A stretch of 64,000 nucleotides of DNA from Azolla caroliniana (Eukaryota > Plantae > Polypodiophyta). The first letter of the stretch is position 1; each line of letters begins with the position of its first letter. The stretch lies in contig JBHGNT010000014.1 in the NCBI GenBank assembly GCA_043228905.1, forward strand, positions 6,262,001 through 6,326,000, read 5' to 3'. The translations under genes were made by a program, and so were the position numbers. Below, piece by piece: positions 61,311 through 64,000 of the stretch. The notes beneath the pieces were generated by a model, which worked only from the letters and a program-made list of their open reading frames with translations, was not told the origin of the DNA and did not search any database.

Positions 61311-62036
61311 TTTGCGTCGGTCGTTTTGTCCGAAGATTCCAGTTTTATTGTTTCCAGTTCCGGTTTTGTTGTCTCTGGCTCCGGTGTCGGTATGTGGTCC
61401 GACTTGTCGTCTTCCGGGCCATCTGGGGTATCGTGGCTACTACGATAATTCGATTGGACGTTGTGTTCGCCGTCCGAATCTTATTCGATGGCGGAGAACG
61501 CTTCTGAATCGTTGTCTCTTGCGGCAAGTGTTTGCAGAATGGACTCCGCTTCCTGCTGACTGCTCAGACTCCTTCCTTCGTCCTGGTGGTGGCTCTATTG
61601 CAATCGGAGTGACTCCTCCGCGACCCGCCAAATCACCCTTGAAAAAGACCGATCCGCACGGATTTCCTTTGCCGCCTGCTGGTAAGCCTCCCGCTTCCAC
61701 AGTCTCTCGGTTAGTCTTCTTGCTCGTTCGACAACTAGGTCGTTTATTGGTCTAGTCATCCATTCCCCCGTTGTTCACTGCTTTCTGCAAGAATCGCGGT
61801 CGCCAAAACTGTGTTAATCCTGGGCTGGACAAGCCACTAACACAGGGTGTCCTTCTAGGAAACTTCACCAAAGGGGTGGTACGGTAAGGAATGGGAAGAC
61901 CGTAACACAGAACCGATCCACTCCGATTGTTATCCAAATCGATTAGTTACACGCGTAGGATCAACATCATTAAGCATAGAAAGGAAATGACAGGATAAAC
62001 AAGATAGGAAAATAACAGCATTTCTCTATTAACAAC

Positions 62037-63042
62037 AGTTTGTCATGGTCTTTCCTTGCTGGATTTCGGCCATGCCTTGACTCCCCCAACTCGTGGAGGG
62101 TTTGGAACTGTTGTCAACATTTCAATTATGCCTCTAGTTCTACCCCTATTGGCCGCTACCATTGTGTACCAATCCACTGCATCCACCACGACCACAGGGC
62201 CTCTCTACCTCCATGTACAACATCTTGGTGTCGGTGTGTGTGCTCGTCGACACACCCATGTGGTTCTCCTTGTTGGCATAAAAGGCCGACTCCTTCCACT
62301 TTGTATCCTAGTGTGTGAACACGTCCAAATAGTTAGGGCTTAATATATATAAGCAATAACCTAACGTTGTAACTTGGCTTGATCTTTCTTGTATCGCGAG
62401 TCTCAGAGAGAGAGAGAAAAACTGAGAAGAACAAGAATCACCATTAAAGCTTAAATATTTGTCTATCTACTCTTCTTGCTACATATCTATGTATGTTGTT
62501 TGTTGTGCATAACCGACAGGTCCTCATACATACTTCCGCACATACTCGAACACCATATCACACAATCAATATGGTCCTCATACATACTTCCCCCAAGCAT
62601 CCTTCGACGACTTCACATTTTTTATGTAGCTGGGCATTTGGTCACTCACTCTGGACGCGAAGCAGTACAAGACTCGACTTGCTCCTTGCTCCCAAGCTGG
62701 GAAGTCTGTGTGTGACAGTTCCAACGCTACATCATTTGCTCCTTCCACATAACTCCAGTATCTGTGCCCAAGCATGTACTAGTGCATCTTGTAAGACCAA
62801 GACGCGTAGTTGTTCCTATCGAGCTTTTTTGTCGGAAGTGAGCTGCCCATGCCTTTGTCCATGTTCTTGTTGTTCATAAGGTAACTCTTCGTCTCTGTGT
62901 TGACTTTCGCTCGCTTTTCTGTCGGTTGTAGATGATTCTCAACCCTCACGCTCCAATACCATGTAAAAGAATACGCGTGCGGAAGCTCTAGCCCTCGGCT
63001 TCTTCAACTGATCCGACCCAAGTTGAGCTTGCTCGCTCAACA
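62037..63042 (-). mobile_element. Degenerate copia family B fragment B4 (internally deleted 81-bp LTR, PBS, gag pieces)
   Basis: LTR 62962-63042 keeps both family-B termini; PBS revcomp GCTCCAATACCA at 62950-62961; gag LGHRYWSYVEG..FPAWEQGASRV. Confidence 0.8.
62271..62518 (+). repeat. Possible small solo LTR of an unrelated family inside B4 gag
   Basis: TGTTGG..CCGACA inverted termini, TATATAA and (GA)n; no TSD seen. Confidence 0.4.
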
Positions 63043-64000
63043 ACATTTACAAATAAGGCAAAGAAGGGGCTTCATGTCTCGTCCACTATTTTATAACTAA
63101 CATTAGATTTTTATGATATTGTCTTGTTGATTTACTTAGCTTGTCTTCCACTAAGTGTGCATATATGGAATCATACAAAATGCTAATAGATGTAATTTAT
63201 TTCTCTTCTTATTCTTTGGAACTTTTTGTAGCATGTTTCATTGAGGGCAATATAGGGTCATCACATGCAATCCCAAAGTGGAAAATGAAAGACAAATCAT
63301 TGAACACACATTCAATGCATTTGTCTTTATAGAGTCTATTTTGATGCAAAACTAATTTATCCAACGTTTTTCTTTAATAAGGAAACATTCTTCTTTAATA
63401 CGGAAACAATGATAAGTATGTGGCCACTTTCATAAGTCTTTCAAAAGTGTAGGCTAGCATTTGTAAATTTCCAAGATTATTGTGGGGCATCAAAGCTCTT
63501 TTCACACTGTAAAGAGCATTTGGCTATATCTTGTGAGCACTTTGAAATGGACGGACTTTCAACATGTTAAAATTTACATTCTAGGAGCAAGTATTATGGT
63601 CCTTCCTTTTCTTTCTTGGTCTCTTTAAAGTAAGTGTACACATTCACAAGCAAACCCCCAAACTCCAGCTAGGACAATTCACATTACTATCCAAATAAAT
63701 AGACACATGGCAACACAAATGGTGAAGCATTTAGGTAGCTCAACAAGTTTGGTTGGGCCTACTTGGGTTCGGAATTTTGTACCCATCCCTTCAAAACTCT
63801 TTCTTCGCTCTCAGCAAGCCCAATAAGAAAGAAAGGCGATCCGGATTTTCGGAAATGCCAAAGTTGTCCTTAGACCAACACATATTTCTTCATTTGTCTG
63901 TGCGGTGTGAAAGGAATCTACCCATTACTCTCATTCTGAATCAATACCATGAATATGATTGGATGGAACCTGCAACCTCTTATCTGCAATCTAAGCAAAG

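Larger units (their letters stand above)
43203..62036 (-). mobile_element. Ty3/gypsy element D body (gag, PR, RT, RNase H) with tRNA-Arg-type PBS; RT split by I and A3
   Basis: 5' LTR 61812-~62036 (truncated); PBS revcomp GCGGTCGCCA at ~61796-61805; gag ~61770-59800; PR IVDGGS ~59490; RT 58900-58273, 52992-52827 and 44063-43900; RH FVDASD..EREALGMV to 43362. Confidence 0.87.

Noticed and set aside
63043-64000. Possible host exon or promoter at the right end
   Set aside because: AT-rich, one short featureless ORF, no supportable splice or coding signal; it may be flanking unique DNA but I cannot call it

Overview
This is a eukaryotic, gene-free block almost entirely filled by nested, decayed LTR retrotransposons. 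The element lineages suggest a non-seed land plant (fern or bryophyte-like); that assignment is inference. I resolved about 15 insertions. Four are Tork/Tnt1-like Ty1/copia (family A) and four belong to a second copia family (B). Four are tRNA-Trp-primed Ty3/gypsy elements (C, E, G, H), three with visible 4-bp target-site duplications (TSDs). The rest are a tRNA-Arg-primed gypsy (D) that may be the 51-kb base of the nest, a long Athila-like element (F) and a Tcn1-like chromovirus (I). All gag-pol frames are disrupted, and I see no host protein gene. Most notable: (1) a 38-nt copy of the mature tRNA-Trp 3' half (with CCA) between two LTRs of a three-LTR element; (2) tRNA-type Pol III A-box/B-box cassettes inside the LTRs of three gypsy families, divergently flanking the TATA box in C and E; (3) element F carries a second aspartic protease in frame after integrase, four Gag zinc knuckles and unknown 3' ORFs; (4) a 113-bp microhomology-bounded inversion in F's RNase H; (5) a Tf1-like self-priming site in the chromovirus. 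Boundaries were read by eye and similarity statements are qualitative.
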